64,000 bases of DNA from Caecitellus pseudoparvulus. Lineage: Eukaryota > Protista > Bigyra: Bicosoecida. The notes under the pieces are model-generated. The model saw only the letters and a list, made by a program, of their open reading frames with translations. It did not search any database and had not been told where the DNA came from. A program made the translations under genes and the position numbers. The stretch covers positions 248,001 to 312,000 of the forward strand of contig CBFFRQ010000042.1 of the NCBI GenBank assembly GCA_965644315.1, in the 5' to 3' direction. Below, one piece after another: positions 61,521 through 64,000 of the stretch; position 1 is the first letter of the stretch; each line of letters begins with the position of its first letter.

Positions 61521-64000
61521 ATGGGCAGCCGCGGCAAAGGGCGCGGGCGAGGGCGAGGCCGTGGGGGCCGAGGTGGGCGAGGGCGAGGAGGCGGCCGGGG
61601 AGGCAAGCGGCCTCGCGATGAGGCCCCCAAACAGTTGAGAGGACACGAGGCAGAGCTCGCGAACATTCCCTGCTTCAAGGACAACTTGAAGCACGGCCGC
61701 GCTGAGGAGGATGTGGGGATCAGCGCGTGAGACGACTGCGGCGCCTGTCCATTTTCCGCAGGGGGGCCAGCCACCTCTCACCCTCCGCCCCCGCAGGTAC
61801 CTCACTGGTTCTGCAGGGTTCCAGTGCATCATCAAGGAGTCCTTTAGCGACTTCATCGTGCGGGAAGTTCGTGATGACGGACAGGTGGCCGTCCTGCGCC
61901 AGCCAGGGGATGCAACAGCGCTGCGGCAGGAGCTTATGGCCTGCCTGGGTGCAGACCGCACCCTTGACGTGCAGCCGGGTGAGTACTTGGCGGGCAGCAA
62001 GACGCTGGAGATACAGCAGCAGCTGCGGCAGCTACTGGACCAGGCGAGCGTCACGGCCCTGGCGCGGTTCTTGTCAGGCACCGGAGAGGAGCCGGTGTTT
62101 CTGCCTGCCCCCGTGGATGACAAGGCCACGCGCACTGGTGTGCACAAGCTGCTGAAGGCGTCCTTCCCACAAGTCACCTCTGACACTGTGCGCCTGTCCA
62201 CGCCGCCCACTGCCGCGGGGCACGTGGCGGGCGATGTCCCTGACGTGTGGGGGGCCCGCACAGGCGACGACGCGGCCGCCGCCCCCGCAACGCCAGCTCC
62301 CAGCTCAGACGCAGCAGCCCCCGAGCGCTCGTACATTCGCGTGCGTGCCAAAACCGTGCGCGACATCCAGCGCACGTGGCCGGAAGGGCGGCCGCACTAC
62401 ACGCGCATGGTGCTGGCTAAAGCCAACATCGACACGATGGCAGCCATGGCGCGCCTGTCCAAGACGGCACACGTGGGCAGCAAGTTCCTGGGGTTCGCCG
62501 GCACCAAGGACCGGCGTGCCATCACGGCGCAGTGGGCCACGGCGTCCCTGACGCACCCCTGGGCGCTGTCCCTCATCAATTCCAAGCGGGGGCAGGACGG
62601 CGCGCTGGTGGCTGTCGGGGACTTTGACTTTGTCCCGCAGCCCCTCAAACTGGGGCAGCTGGCAGGCAACCGCTTCTTCCTCACCCTGCGCAATTTGCAG
62701 CCTGTGGACAGCGACGGCAGCGGCGGCGGCGTGAGCTCCGAGGCGGGGGTGGCCCAGGCAGAGGCTGCCTTGCGCCAGTGGGCCCAGGCAGGCTGCGGCT
62801 ACGTCAATTACTTCGGCTTGCAGCGTTTCGGAGCCGGCACCACTGCCACCAGCGAAATCGGGCGCTTGCTGTTGACGGGCCAGTTTGGCGCCGCTGCCAC
62901 GGCCCTGCTGCGTCTGCAGCCTCTGCTCCCCGCCGACACAGTGCGAGGACTGGACGAGGGCGGCAGCGCCCGGGCGGCAGCTGCGGCCACCATGGAGGCA
63001 CAGTACCCCCCTGGCGCCCTGGACCGGTGCTTGCCGTACGGGTACCACATAGAAGCCGCCCTGCTCCGCGGCATCGACGCGTCAGGGTGGTGCGCCTTGG
63101 CGCAAGCGTTCTCCGCGGTGCCGGCGCGGTCCCGCCTCCTCTTCCTGCACGCGTACCAGTCCCTGCTGTGGAATGCCCTTGCGACGCAGCGCCTGCAGGA
63201 GCTGGGCGCTGAGGGGCCTGTGGAGGGGGACTTGGTGCTGCTGCCAGGCCTGACGGGGGAGGAAGGGGAGGGGGGTGACACCCCCCCTTGGCCCCCCGTG
63301 CGCCATGTGACGGCACAGGACATCCAAGACGGCACCTTCACCCTGAGTGACGTCGTGCTGCCGGTCCCCGGTGCAGAGAGTGTGTACCCGACGCACGCGG
63401 TGGGGGGGGGCGCCATGGCCGCCTTGTTGCAAGCGCACGGTTTCTCTGAGGAGGTGGTGCGTGGCGCCACCCTGGCCGCGGAAGAACTGACTCAAGCGGC
63501 TGTGCAGGCGGGGGGCGTGCCCAGTACGGAGGGCTTCGTGGCGGCGGAGGCGCAGGGCGGTGCGGGGGGTGCTGTCATGCGGCACCCTGCCGTGGCGAAG
63601 CATCGCAGCCACCCCGTTTGGGGGCGGGGGGCGCCCGTCGCTGCCATGGGGCTGGGCGTGCTGGCTGGCGCCTATCGGCCCCTGGTGGCTCACGTGCAGG
63701 ACGCCCGCTGGGCCCTGGTCCGCCACGAGGAGGCCCGGGACCAGCTGTACCCCACAGAGCTGGATGGCGGGCTGTCTGGCGGAGCCACGCCAGTGCGGGG
63801 CATCCTGGCTGACGGCTTGGTGGTGCAGCAGGTCCCCGGGGCGCCACAACAGCCCATGACCAGTGCTACAGGCGGCAAGTTTGGCACTGGGCCCCACACG
63901 TCTCTGGCGCTGGAGTTCACACTGCCCGCTGGCGCGTACGCCACAATGGCGCTGCGGGAGGTGATGAAGGCCAGCTCGGCGACGGGGGCTCATCGCCAGG
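61521..64000 (+). CDS. PUS7: Pseudouridine synthase PUS7/TruD with an RGG N-terminus, 3'-truncated
   Basis: Intron 61727-61796; IIKESFSDFIVRE, FAGTKDRRAITAQ, GNRF, NYFGLQRFG, HAYQSLLWN, FTLPAGAYATMALREVMK; the frame is open to the window end. Confidence 0.95.

Overview
GC-rich, gene-dense eukaryotic nuclear DNA, not prokaryotic. About 29 protein-coding genes (two truncated by the window edges), with short spliceosomal introns (about 60-250 nt; donors mostly GTGCGT/GTGAGT) and RNC-ATG-G start contexts. Gene content (TEX47-like, plant-type NPL4, AP2 domains, two-pore channel) suggests a flagellated protist, possibly a heterotrophic stramenopile; this is inference only. Recognisable housekeeping genes: NPL4, TTC36, NDUFB4, GUF1, eIF3b, a VPS9 GEF, a CELF-type RRM protein, Maf, COA6, ISCU, GGNBP2-like, RAD52, RmlD/MAT2B-like, TPC, CIR/RP9-like Zn knuckle, NUDT22 and PUS7. 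Most notable signals: (1) a strand-specific AATRCA (usually CAATGCA) hexamer just after the stop of 18 of 27 complete genes, including a palindrome shared by a convergent pair, a candidate non-canonical polyadenylation signal; (2) a four-gene Nudix cluster in which a tandem paralog triplet has one intact and two degenerate Nudix boxes; (3) a nucleus-encoded F1-ATPase alpha paralog lacking its P-loop and arginine finger, convergent with a TMEM70-like/WW gene; (4) an ELM2-SANT + tandem PHD + 4xAP2 regulator; (5) a near-perfect coding 42-bp minisatellite of about 64 copies. All family assignments come from motif recognition by eye; no database searches were run.
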